From Chiloscyllium plagiosum (Eukaryota), in contig NC_057719.1 in assembly GCF_004010195.1 (NCBI RefSeq), positions 51,441,656 through 51,465,598 of the forward strand: a DNA stretch of 23,943 nt. Direction: 5' to 3'. The notes under the pieces are model-generated. The model did not search any database and was not told where the DNA came from. It saw only the letters and a list, made by a program, of their open reading frames with translations. Positions 1 to 10,160 of this stretch are shown in pieces. The translations under genes were made by a program, and so were the position numbers. Each line of letters begins with the position of its first letter. The first letter of the stretch is position 1.

Positions 1-354
1 GAACAGAAACCTGTTCAGACCAATGTACAATAAGTAAGCTATCAACCAAGAGTAACCAAGAATAACATGTACCGCTCAGACAAGTGCATGATCACCAGAT
101 CAGATGAGTTGTCAAATTCCAAAAACAACTTAATGAAGTTTGATCTCCTAATCTTGTTAATGCTGTTTTAGCAATTCATGCAATTACTGAATTGATATCA
201 TGTTCCTATGTACTGTTGCATGTGACCTGTTGTTACTATCTGAATTATTTAGCTTTAGCGCAGTCACACATTGTAGCACATATATGTGTGTTTTTGTGTA
301 AATATATATATGTGAATACCAGGAACTGTAATAAAAATCGATTGAATCCTTCAG

Positions 355-397
355 GACTACATCACCCACATCTTGTGCTTATGTTATGGGAGATAAT
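355..397 (+). CDS. Candidate small internal coding exon of an unidentified host gene
   Basis: Flanked by tccttcAG (353-354) and a perfect GTAAGT donor (398-403) in non-repeat sequence. One frame reads (x)TTSPTSCAYVMGDN and would join in phase 0 to the candidate exon at 11654. The acceptor polypyrimidine tract is weak and no homologue was recognised. Confidence 0.3.
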
Positions 398-475
398 GTA
401 AGTATCACCTCATCAGACACAAATATGTAGCTGAAGGTAAAATGTCCATCACTGTATCTTGAACATGATTAACTG

Positions 476-586
476 CTGAAATCAAAACAGAAAGTGTTAG
501 AGAAACTCATAATCTTGGAGCATGTTTGGAGAGAGAAACAGAGTTAACGTGCCAAGTCTAATATGACTCTTATTCAGAACTGATGG
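476..586 (-). mobile_element. Old Penelope-like pLTR fragment with degenerate hammerhead
   Basis: Minus strand reads ccatcagttCTGAATAagagtcatattagacttggcacgttaactctgtttctctctcc. It is an inverted homologue of 696-790. Confidence 0.65.
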
Positions 587-695
587 TATAAAATCTCCAT
601 CTTGCTGAGTACACTTAAAGAATAGTATGCTGAGAGAAGTGGGCTACAGATTCATCCCAATTATTTAGCCCCAGCCCAGACCTTACATCTTTCGA

Positions 696-1166
696 CCATC
701 AGTTCTGAAGAACAATCATTTTGGACTTGAAATATGAACTGTTTTTCTCACCACAGACGCTGCCAGACTTGCTGAGTTTATTGCAGCATTTTTGTTAGAT
801 TAGCTTAGATTCCCTACAGTATGGAAACATGCCCTTTGGCCCAACAAGTCCACACCAACCCTTGAAGAGTAACCCACCCAGACCCATTCCCCTACCCCAT
901 ATTTACCCCTGACTAATGCACCTAACACTATGGGCAATTTAGCATGGCCAATTCACCAGAGCTGCACACTTTGGATTGTGAGACGAAACTGGAGCAAACC
1001 CATACAGACATGGGGAGAATGTGCAAACTCCACACAGATAGTTGCCCGAGGTGGGAATTGTACTTGGGTCTCTGGTACTGTGAGGCAGCAGTGTTAACCA
1101 CTGAGCCACTATGCCGCCATGTTCTGTTATTTTTCTCATCTCAGCATCTGTAGTATTTTACTTTTA
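696..1166 (+). mobile_element. Old Penelope-like pLTR interrupted by an HE1 SINE
   Basis: ccatcagttCTGAAGA...gacttGAAA...cacagacgctgccagacttgctgagttt (696-790) resumes after the SINE as tcagcatctgtagtattttactttt (to ~1166). This matches the pLTR 3' end cagcatctgcagtc...tttt seen in younger copies. Confidence 0.65.
795..1118 (-). mobile_element. HE1-type tRNA-derived V-SINE
   Basis: Minus strand: ggcggcatagtggctcagtggttaacactgctgcctcac (A box), central gtgtggagtttgcacattctcccc V-domain, and CR1-like 3' tail ending in aatct repeats. Confidence 0.9.
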
Positions 1167-2016
1167 TTGGATTAATTGTAATGATTGTTTATGAAGAAAC
1201 TAATATAAAGCACATCATATCAGATTATTCTATGTTATATTGTTCACTGTTGTAACATCAGCAGAAACCTTAGTTATGTGTGCAAATTGGATTTCTACCA
1301 AACCTTTGGCAGTGGAACAGGACAAATTGCATGAAAATATCTGGCCATAAGATGTATTAAAAAGACCTTTTTAGAATTAATAGGTGAACAGTGAAACAGA
1401 AAATGTAGTAGCATGCATACAAAGGAATGCAATGTAATCTGGGAAGTTGATAACATTGACTGCAGATGAAGGTTTAAACATTGACAGCACTTTGGAAAGC
1501 TTACTCCTAAATGCCTCCCTCCCAATCTCCTTGGTAGATGTGGATTGACAATTATTCATTTATTTATTGCTCAGATAGAGAGATATTTCTGCATTCTTTT
1601 GACTTCAACTTGGGGTTCATGAGTTTCTCAAAACTCAGCAGTGAAAGCAGAACATGTTCTCTGAAGCAATGGATATCGGGGCAATGAATTTCAAGTAAAC
1701 ATGTCAGTACGTGCTCAGTACTCATGTCTTACCTGCTAGTTTGAAAGTGTTTGTGCACAATGCTTTTGCTGAGAATTTATTTCCACACACTGGGAGGTTT
1801 GCTTTATCATACATGGATTCCCATGCACTGTCAGGCTTTTTGTCCACTCCCCTACTTTCCCAGGTCTTGTCAAAAAAGGGTTTACCTGCAGACGGCTTTC
1901 TTGAATCTTCTTGAGGCTTTCTGAGGAGACCAGCATGGCAAGAGGCAGAGACCAGATTCTGGATTAGTGGTGCTGGAAGAGCACAGCAATTCAGGCAGCA
2001 TCCGAGGACAGGCAAA

Positions 2017-2051
2017 ATCGACGTTTCGGGCAAAAGCCCTTCATCAGGAAT
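2017..2051 (-). ncRNA. Minimal type I hammerhead ribozyme motif (intact core)
   Basis: Minus strand attc-CTGATGA-a-gggc-tttt-gccc-GAAAC-GTC-gatt. Confidence 0.8.
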
Positions 2052-2239
2052 AAAGGCAGAGAGCCTGAAGCATGGAGAGATAAGCTAGAGGAGGGTGGGG
2101 GTGGGGAGAGATTTGACCCATCCCCTGGGTAATTTGCTTTTCCATCAGATCCTCGCGAAATGCTTCATTTTTCACTTTAACCTTAATTCAATTGGTCTAA
2201 GACATGCCTACATCGCGGAAGTATTTATCACAATCGGCC

Positions 2240-2500
2240 CAGTCTATATCACTCACCATTATGTCTGCATCAATTGCCCCCTTAGCCTCTTCTGCTCCAC
2301 AGACCCCAAACAAAAGTTAACTTTTTGCTGAGACCTCTCACTTCAGGGAACATCCCGTGAAACCTCTCTGCAATCTCTGCAGTGCAATTGTTCCCTGCCG
2401 ATTTTGTAGCGATTGGACCCGCGCAGACTGTGGACTAACCATATCTTTCTTTAGAGTCTGCAACAATACTTCCTTCCTCCTATATTCCACCCTGTGGCTG
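2240..2500 (-). mobile_element. Highly diverged CR1-like ORF2 3' fragment within the CpG-rich internal segment
   Basis: cccccttagcctcttctgctcc...ggaacatcccgtgaaacctctctgcaatctctgcagtgcaat...ctgtggactaacc resembles the minus-strand CR1 3' regions at 3520-3720 and 13390-13620. Confidence 0.5.
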
Positions 2501-2810
2501 ATGATTATGCTTCCTTACGAACTTGCAGATGCAAGGACTACTGGGTTTTCAGTTCAGTACAACAGTGAACCTTTCATCGTTTTAAGTAAAGGTCCTGCTG
2601 AGAGCCCTGTCATTGACGGTGCCAGGAATCTTCACTGCCAAAACAAAACTTTCCTGAGCATAACGCACCGCCTTTCCCCCGGTACCTCCCGCTATATGCC
2701 TCATCATTAGAGCAGATGCGATCGGGAGGTAAGCTAAGAGAATGGAAGAGAGTCCATTCAGGTAGGATACTGTGACGATGCATAATAAATGTAACAGTGG
2801 AAATTGAAAG

Positions 2811-2949
2811 NNNNNNNNNNNNNNNNNNNNNNNNNNNNNNNNNNNNNNNNNNNNNNNNNNNNNNNNNNNNNNNNNNNNNNNNNNNNNNNNNNNNNNNNNN
2901 NNNNNNNNNNNNNNNNNNNNNNNNNNNNNNNNNNNNNNNNNNNNNNNNN
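2811..2949. other. Assembly gap (139 N)
   Basis: Run of N. Confidence 1.
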
Positions 2950-3140
2950 AGCATCTGCAGTCATTGTTTTTACCTCGTTGATTTTAACCCTACTGCGAAT
3001 CCTCTTGCAAGGATGCCTGCCTTGAAGAAGTTTTCCTCCTCTCTCTACAAGAATCTCAGGGGGTCTCGGTGAAGTTGATGAATTGCTTAACCCCCACCCT
3101 CCTCTAGCTTATCTCTCCATGCTTCAGGCTCTCTGCCTTT

Positions 3141-3175
3141 ATTCCTGATGAAGGGCTTTTGCCCGAAACGTCGAT
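3141..3175 (+). ncRNA. Minimal type I hammerhead ribozyme motif (intact core)
   Basis: attc-CTGATGA-a-gggc-tttt-gccc-GAAAC-GTC-gat. Stem III is reduced to the ACGT palindrome, as described for Penelope-associated dimeric hammerheads. Confidence 0.8.
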
Positions 3176-3310
3176 TTTGCCTGTCCTCGGATGCTGCCTG
3201 AATTGCTGTGCTCTTCCAGCACCACTAATCCAGAATCTGGTTTCCAGCATCTGCAGTCATTGTTTTTACCAAGAGGCAGAGACCAGCTGACTATCCAGAG
3301 AGAGAGAGAT

Positions 3311-6083
3311 TGTATTAGCCTCCATCACTTCTGCTGGCAGCTAATTCCATACAAGCACCACCTCTGCTTGAAAAAGCTGCCCCTTAGGATCCTTTTAAAT
3401 CTTTTGCCTCTCACCTTAAGTCTATGCCCTCGAGGTTGGACTTGCCAATCCCAGGGAAAAGACCTTGTCTATTTATACTATCCATGCCCCTCATGATTTT
3501 ATAAACCTCTATAAGGTTACCCCTCAGCCTCCGACGCCCCAGGGAAAACAGCCCTAGCCTGTTCAGCCTCTCCCTATAGCTCAAATCCTCCAAGCCTGGC
3601 AACATCCTTGTAAATCTTTTCTGAACTATTTCAAGTTTCACAACATCCTTCTGATAGGAAGGAGACCAGAATTACAATGTCCTGTACAGCCGCAACATGA
3701 CCTCCCACCTCTTGTACTCAATACTCTGACCAATAAAGGAAGGCATACTAAATGACTTTGTCGCTATCCTATCCACCTGCAACTCTGCTTTTAAGGAACT
3801 ATGAATCTGCCCTCCAAGGTCTCTTTGTTCAGCAACACTACCCAGGACTTTACCATTAAGTGTATAAGTCCTGCTCTGATTTGCTTTTCCAAAATGCAGC
3901 ACCTCGCATTTATCTAAATTAAACTCCATTTGCCACTCCTCAGCCCAGTGACCCGTCTGATCAAGATCCCATTGTACTCTGAGGTAACCTTCTTAGCTGT
4001 CCACTACACCTCCAATCTTAGTGTCATCTGCAATCTTACTAACTGTACCTGCTATGTTCACATCCAGATCATTTAAAGAAATAACGGAAAGCATTGGACG
4101 CAGCACCGATCCTTGTGGCACTCCATGGTCACAGGTGCTCAACTACCACCCTCTGTCTTCTACCTTCAAGCTAGTTCTGTATCCAAATGGCTCGTTCTCC
4201 CGATATTCCATGAGATCAAACCTTGCTAACCAGTCTTCCATGGGGAACCTTGTCGAATACCATACTGAAGTCCAGATAGATCACATCCACTGCTCTGCCC
4301 TCATCGATCATCTTTGTTACTTCTTTAAAAAAACTCAATAAGTTCATGAGCCATGATTTCCTACGCACAAAACCATGCTGACTACCCCTAATCAGTTCTT
4401 GCCTTTCCAAATACATGAACATCCTATCACTCAGATTCCCTCCAACAACTTGCCTACCACAGATGTCAGGCTCACCGGCCTAAAGTTCACTGCCTTTTAC
4501 TCACTTCCCTTCTTAAATAGTGGCACCACATTAGCCAACCTCCAGTCTTCTGGCACCTCACCTGTGACTATTGATGATACAAATATCTCAGCAAGGGGCT
4601 CAGCAATTACTTCCCTGCCTTCCCATTGGAGTTCTAGGGTACATCTGTGTGGTTTCTGGGGATTTATTCACCTTTTTGCATTTCCAACATCTCGCACCTC
4701 CTCCTCTGTAATATGGGCATTTTTCAAGATGTCACCATCTATTTCCCCACATTCTATATCTTCCATGCCCTTCTCCTCAGGAAACACCTATACTCATTTA
4801 GTATCTCCCCCATCTCCTGCGGTTCCACACATATGCTGCCTTGCTAGAAAAGGATAGACCAGATTGAAAAGTTTAAGTTCTAAGTCCCTTTGGATTCTCC
4901 TTAACCCTGTTTGCCAAAGCTATCTCATGTCTGCTTTTTGCCCTCCTGATTTCCGTCTTAAGTATACTCCTACTGCCTTTACATTCGAAGGACTCACTTG
5001 ATCTCTGCTGCCTTTACCTGACATATACTTCCTTCTTTATCTTAGCCAAACCCTCAATTTCTCTTGTCACCCAGCATTCCCTACACCTACAGTCTTTCCT
5101 TTCACCCTAACAGGAATATACTGTCTCTGGACTCATGTTATTTCATTTCTGAAGGCGTCCCATTTTCTAACTGTCCATTTACCTGTGAACAGCTGCCTCC
5201 AATCAACTTTTGAAAGTTCTTGCCTCATACTGTCAAAATTAGCTTTCCTCTAATTTAGAACTTAAACTTTTCAATCTGGTCTATCCTCTCATTTAGAACT
5301 TTAACTTTTCAATCCGGTCTATCCTTTTCCATCACTATTTTAAAACTAATAGAATGTTGGTCGCTGGCCCCAAAGTGCTCCCCCAGTGACACATCAGTCA
5401 CCTGTCCTGCCTTATTTCCCAAGAGTAGGTCAAGTTTTGCACTTTCTCTAGTAGGTACATCCACATACTGAATAAGAAAATTTTCTTATACACACTTAAC
5501 AAATTTCTCTTAACATTATGACAGTTCTAGTCTATGTTTGAAAAGTTAAAAATCCCCTACCATAACTACCCTATAATTCTTACACATAACTGAAATCTCC
5601 TTACAAATTTGTTTCTCAGTTTTCCACTGAATATTAGGAGGTCTATAATAGAATCCCAATAAGGTAATTATCCCTTTCCTATTTTTCAGTTCCACCCAAA
5701 TAACATCCCTGGATGTATTCCCAGGAATATCCTCCTTAAGTACAGCAGTAATGCTATCCCTGATCAAAAACGCATTCCCACTCCTCCCATGCTCCCCTTA
5801 CTATCCTTTATTTGTATCCTGGAACATTAAGCTGCCAGTCCTGCCCATCCCTGAGCCACGTTTCTGTAATTGCTATGATATCCCAGTCCCATGTTCCGAA
5901 CCATGCCCTGAGTTCATCAGCCTTCCCTGTTGCATTGAAATAAATGCAGTTTAATTTATCAGTCCTACCTTGTTGTCTGCTTTGTTCCTGCCTGCCCTGA
6001 CTGTTTGACCCACTCCTTTTCCAAACTGTACCAGTCTCATATTGATCTCTTTCCTCACTATTTCCTTGGATCCCACCACCCAC
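3311..6083 (-). pseudogene. CR1 ORF2 remnant: AP endonuclease + reverse transcriptase, many stops/frameshifts
   Basis: APE motifs LNCIYFNA, DIIAITETWL, GFYYRPPN, VVMVGDF. RT motifs SQHGFVRRKS, VDVIYLDFSMVFDKVPH, SKIADDTK, MEFNLDKCEVLHFG, LEIVQKRFTRMLPGL. Confidence 0.92.
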
Positions 6084-6087
6084 CTTA

Positions 6088-7013
6088 TTAGTTTAAATCC
6101 TCCTGAGCAGCTCTAGCAAATCTCCCAGCCAGTTTATTAGTCTCCTTCCAATTCAGGTGCAATTTGTCCTTCTTGTACAGGTCATTTCTAACCCAGAGAA
6201 GATTCCAATGATCCAAAAATGTGAACCCTTCTCCCCTGCACCAGATCCTCAGCCGCACATTCATCTGCTCTCTCCTCCTATTTGTACCCTCACTAGCACG
6301 TAGAACCGAGAGTAATCCAGATATTCCTACGCTTGAGGACCTCCTTTTTAAATTCCTGCCTAACTTTCTATATTCTCCCTTCAGAATCTCATCCTTTTCC
6401 CTTCCTATGTCACTTGTTCCAATGTGCACAATGATCTCCTGCTGGTCCCTCTACCCTTTGAGAACATTCTGCACCCTCTCTGAGATATCCTTGATTCTGG
6501 CACCAGGGAGGCAACATACCATGCTGATTTTTCACTGCTTGCCACAGAAACGTCTGTCTGTGCCTCTGACTGGAGAGTTCCCAAACACAATCAATCGGTT
6601 GGAACCCGATGTACCCCACCTTACATTCGAGCCAGTCTCAATACCAGAAACCTGGCTGTTCATGCTACATTCCCCTGAGAGTCTATCTCCTCCATATTTT
6701 CCAAAACAGTATACTTGTTTGAGGTAGCCACAGAAGACTCCTGCACTACCTGCCTACCCATCCTACCCTTCCTGGAGTTAACCCATCTACATGACTGTAT
6801 CTGTGGCTTTTCTCCCTTCCTATAACTGCTATCCATCACACCCTCTAGCTCTTGGAAGTTCCTTATTGCCTCTAACTGCCACTCCAACCAATCCATGCGA
6901 TCTGATAGGATTCACAACCAAAGACACCTCCTACAGACATAATCCGCTACATGGAAACTCTCCCTAAATGCCCTCATCCGACAGGAAGAGCATATCACTC
7001 TACTAAAGGCCAT
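6088..7013 (-). pseudogene. CR1 ORF1 remnant: zinc finger, coiled coil, SGNH esterase
   Basis: MAFSRVICSSC...DYVCRRC, then LSDRMDWLEWQLEAIRN, then esterase-like blocks IVFGNSPVRG, HIGTSDIG, LYKKDKLHLN. Broken by stops/frameshifts. Confidence 0.85.
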
Positions 7014-7630
7014 CCTTTCTTCTTTGCAATCTACAGACCCCAGAAAATAGCATCATCTTTTTGCTCTAAGAAACAGTGCTCCAGGCTAACATAGTACTTA
7101 AAGTGTATATTTTTAAAGATTTAATCAAGAGACAGATCTCAATAAAACATATAATCAAGAAAGAAACCACTCTACATACTACTGTTGACTTACAGCAAGG
7201 TTAGACATTAAAAACCATGTACTTATATGTTCCTGTGCTGTGAGATCTCCCACACAGCTTCCTCCAAGGTCAGTTGTCAATTTCGCTGTTTGTTAACTTT
7301 ACCGAGGGGCACTCGAATGTCCAGAGATACACGAATGCAACAGCAAAGGCAGTAACTGTGCAGATTCACAACTGTGTCAGTTAGCAGTGTAGGTTTCTTT
7401 TTCTCTCTCCCTCACTGACCATATGGTCACTGCCTTTTGTCTGTCTTCCTCCTTTTCAAAGTGCCGTTGTTTTGATCGTTTTTCCCCAAAGTTCCAAAAC
7501 AATGAAACAGCATACAAAATATCAATTGCTGCTCCTGGAATTCAAGGAAATCACTTGCAATGCCTAAAATATGTCAAAAAAGTAACAGGTCTTACAACCA
7601 TAATTTTTTCCAGTCCTCCATCTTGGATTA

Positions 7631-7760
7631 CCCATAGTGGCACTATGTTAGCCAACTTCCAATCTTCTGGCACTTCACCTGTGGCTATTGATCATACAAC
7701 TATCTCGACAAGGGGCCCAGCAATCTCTTCCTTAGCTTCCAACAGAGTTCAAGGATACAC
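7631..7760 (-). mobile_element. Separate CR1 ORF2 fragment abutting the 5' end of the long element
   Basis: atagtggcactatgttagccaacttccaatcttctggcacttcacctgtggctattgat is homologous to 4518-4645. Confidence 0.8.
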
Positions 7761-7815
7761 ATTTGTTGGAGAAATTCCATGGTCTGATCTGTTGTGGCAG
7801 CCACAATATTTGTGT

Positions 7816-8206
7816 GATTGATTAGATTAGATTAGATTACAGTGTGGAAACAGGCCCTTCGACCCAACAAGTCCACACCGACCCGCCGAAGCGAAACCCA
7901 CCCATACCCCTACATTTACCCCTTATCTAACACTACGGGCAATTTAGTATGGCCAATTCACCTGACCCTGCACATCTTTGGACTGTGGGAAGAAACCGGA
8001 GCACCCGGAGGAAACCCACGCAGACACGGGGAGAACGTGCAAACTCCACACAGTCAGTCGCCTGAGGCAGGAATTGAACCCGGGTCTCTGGCGCTGTGAG
8101 GCAGCAGTGCTAACCACTGTGCCACCGTGCCGCCCACGACTGTGCCACCGTGCCGCCCACCACTGTGCCACTGTGCCGCCCACCACTGTGCCACCGTGCC
8201 GCCCAC
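7816..8206 (-). mobile_element. Young HE1-type V-SINE with quadruplicated head
   Basis: (attag)n tail, V-domain, B box gggttcaattcc, CpGs retained. The head 23-mer is repeated four times. Confidence 0.92.
8115..8206. repeat. 4 x 23-bp tandem repeat cactgtgccaccgtgccgcccac
   Basis: Units at 8115, 8138, 8161 and 8184, with single substitutions in units 2 and 3. Confidence 0.95.
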
Positions 8207-8439
8207 GTTAACTTGAACAAGTTAAGTTTCAAGTCAATGGAAAGCCATTGAAAATATCTTTATGAGAATAGTTTTATAACAACTGTTTTATAAATATGAT
8301 GTTTTCCCAAAACAGAATATACAGTGGGCAGAAGGTTTAAGTGCAAAGTCCATTGAAAAGTTTGAGTCCTAACTGTAATCATCTCATAGTCTTAAAAGAA
8401 ATGGCTAGTGAGTTGTTCATATGTTGAATTTAATTCCCT

Positions 8440-8600
8440 TAATGGAAATGTACCTAGATTTTGGGAAGATTATTTTCAATTGAAAATTAACAAATGTAAC
8501 CCTTTTCAAAAGGGAGGAAGACAGAAAGCAGGAAATATAGGCAATCAGGCCAAGTCACCATGGTTTTTGGAAAGGGAAATCATGTTAAGCCAATTTATTG
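8440..8600 (+). mobile_element. Old CR1-like RT fragment
   Basis: Degenerate NVTPLFKKGGRQKAGNYR and SHHGF.KGKSC..NLL motifs. Confidence 0.65.
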
Positions 8601-9168
8601 GCATTCTTTCAATTGGCCCAGCAATTTTAAGATGGTACTAACCAAAATGGCACAAATTTTTTTAGCATTTCCCCACTGAAGGAAATATTGCATGTATTCT
8701 AGTCTAACCTATCAAATCCTTTGTCACTTTAAATTCCTTGATTAGATCACCCTGAAGTTCAGGTACTGCCTTTGCTAAAATTTTGTTTCCCCACAGGTTC
8801 CGTTGTTGCCAGGAAGGGATGGGGCAGGGCATGCTACATGCACAAGGGAGACCTGAAGTCAGCAAGGCTAATTGGACTCAGCATTGTGTTCAAACAGACA
8901 CAATTTTGGCTGGGGCTTAACCAATCTACGAATCATGAATTTATGGAGCAAATATAGGGCTTGAAAAACAGATAATGTCTGTTTAACTGCCATGAACAAA
9001 ATCTTTCTAATCTCCTGCTCCTTAAACTTTGTCTGCAGCTGTCAGTGAGAGTTACACAAAAAAGCCAAGTCTTACTCAGCAGTTTCAATAACCATTTGTT
9101 GACATTTCCCTCAGGGTGGTTATAAATGGTTATCTGATTTCCAAAAGCAACAATTATCTCAGATGAGC

Positions 9169-9267
9169 TTAGATCAGAGTGGTGCTGGAAAAGCACAGGA
9201 GGTCAGGCAGGATGCGAGGAGCAGGAAAATCAACGTTTTGGGCAAAAGCCCTTCATCAGGAATAGAG
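9169..9267 (-). mobile_element. Solo Penelope-like pLTR fragment with mutated hammerhead
   Basis: Minus strand attcCTGATGAagggcttttgccc-AAAAC-GTT: G12 and C17 lost by CpG-type transitions. Confidence 0.85.
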
Positions 9268-10060
9268 TTTTTAAAAATATAATGAAAGCTATATTAAATT
9301 TTTATAATTTAATTTTGTTTCATCTCAACCTGACTTCTGAGGTCTGACAGTGGTGTATACTGATGGGTTGACATGAAGATACAAGAGCCATGGGAATGGG
9401 GTGCAGGCTGGAGTTGGAATGAGTTATATGTGGCTATGGGAGTAGAGGGTGGTCATCTATTGGCTCTGGGGTGATAAGTGACCATGGGACGGTGTTGGTG
9501 ATGATGGGTGGATAGACTAGCATGAGTTAATATGATTTGGCATGGGGATATATTTAGGGAGTGAGGGAATGTGTGGGCTGAGGGCCTAAGATGACATATT
9601 ACAACTCGGAAGAGGTCCCAGAGAATCAAATTGGAAATATTAGCCAGCTCACCTTGTCAATCAGTCAAACCCATATCTGTCTATGCTATCCTTCTGAGGT
9701 TACAGGCTCAACTGTACCCTGGAACCCCTGTAGCTGTCCCTGCTGTTGAGACTACCCCTTTCAGAATCCCTTGCACAGAAGCAAATCAGGAGATTTTTCC
9801 TGACTTAGTCTATTAGTCTCAGGACCAAACATCTGGCTTTAAATCTATGCTCTTCCACAATTTCACTTACTGAAATTGTTGAACATGTGTCGCACACAGT
9901 CTATCTGTTAATTTGTTTGATTTGTTTTCTGGTGTTTGCAGCCAATTGCCTGAACACTGAAGCTTTCAGCTGCTGTGCCATCTGCTATTTGCTTAATTTC
10001 TTGCCACAGAGAATCATATTTTGAGTACAAGTGGATAAAGTTTATTTCAGCTTGAAGGTG

Positions 10061-10160
10061 TCATACAGTCAGAGAGTCATAGAAATCTACAGCACAGCCC
10101 TTTGGCCCATCACATTTGTGCCAGTCAAAAGCAACCACCTAACTATTCTAATCCCATTTT
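10061..10160 (-). mobile_element. CR1 3' tail fragment
   Basis: tcatacagtcagagagtcatagaaatctacagcacagccctttggcccatc: octamer-type tail and 3'UTR motif. Confidence 0.7.

Larger units (their letters stand above)
1951..3270 (+). mobile_element. Young Penelope-like insertion: inverted 5' pLTR, internal non-Penelope segment, gap, tandem pLTR end
   Basis: 1951-2102 is the exact reverse complement of 3090-3241. A 17-bp direct repeat caagaggcagagaccag at 1939-1955 and 3270-3286 forms the TSD. The pLTR 3' end agcatctgcagtcattgtttttacc is present at both 2950-2974 and 3246-3270. Confidence 0.8.
3311..7630 (-). mobile_element. Near full-length, inactivated CR1-clade LINE (HER1-like)
   Basis: Continuous ~600-bp 5'UTR, ORF1 and ORF2 remnants in correct order. 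The 3' tail is missing. Confidence 0.92.

Noticed and set aside
1060..1118. tRNA genes at the SINE heads (also ~8065-8137)
   Set aside because: tRNA-derived promoter regions continuous with SINE body and tail, with no full cloverleaf.
1722..2033. 103-aa minus-strand ORF as a gene
   Set aside because: Chimeric: starts inside the Penelope pLTR and crosses the TSD junction. No recognisable domain.
2357..2710. 117-aa ORF as a cargo gene
   Set aside because: Non-ATG start, partly antisense to decayed CR1, and no recognisable motifs.
2560..2710. C/D box snoRNA on the minus strand (ATGATGA near 2702-2708)
   Set aside because: No convincing D box at a suitable distance with a terminal stem. An Rfam scan would be needed.
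2610..3072. ORFs spanning the N run
   Set aside because: Artefacts of translating through the assembly gap.
4375..4857. 160-aa plus-strand ORF (also 6221-6727 and 7423-7821)
   Set aside because: Antisense shadow frames of the CR1 element.
8115..8206. CRISPR-like array
   Set aside because: Repeats are contiguous with no spacers, derive from a SINE head, and the context is vertebrate.
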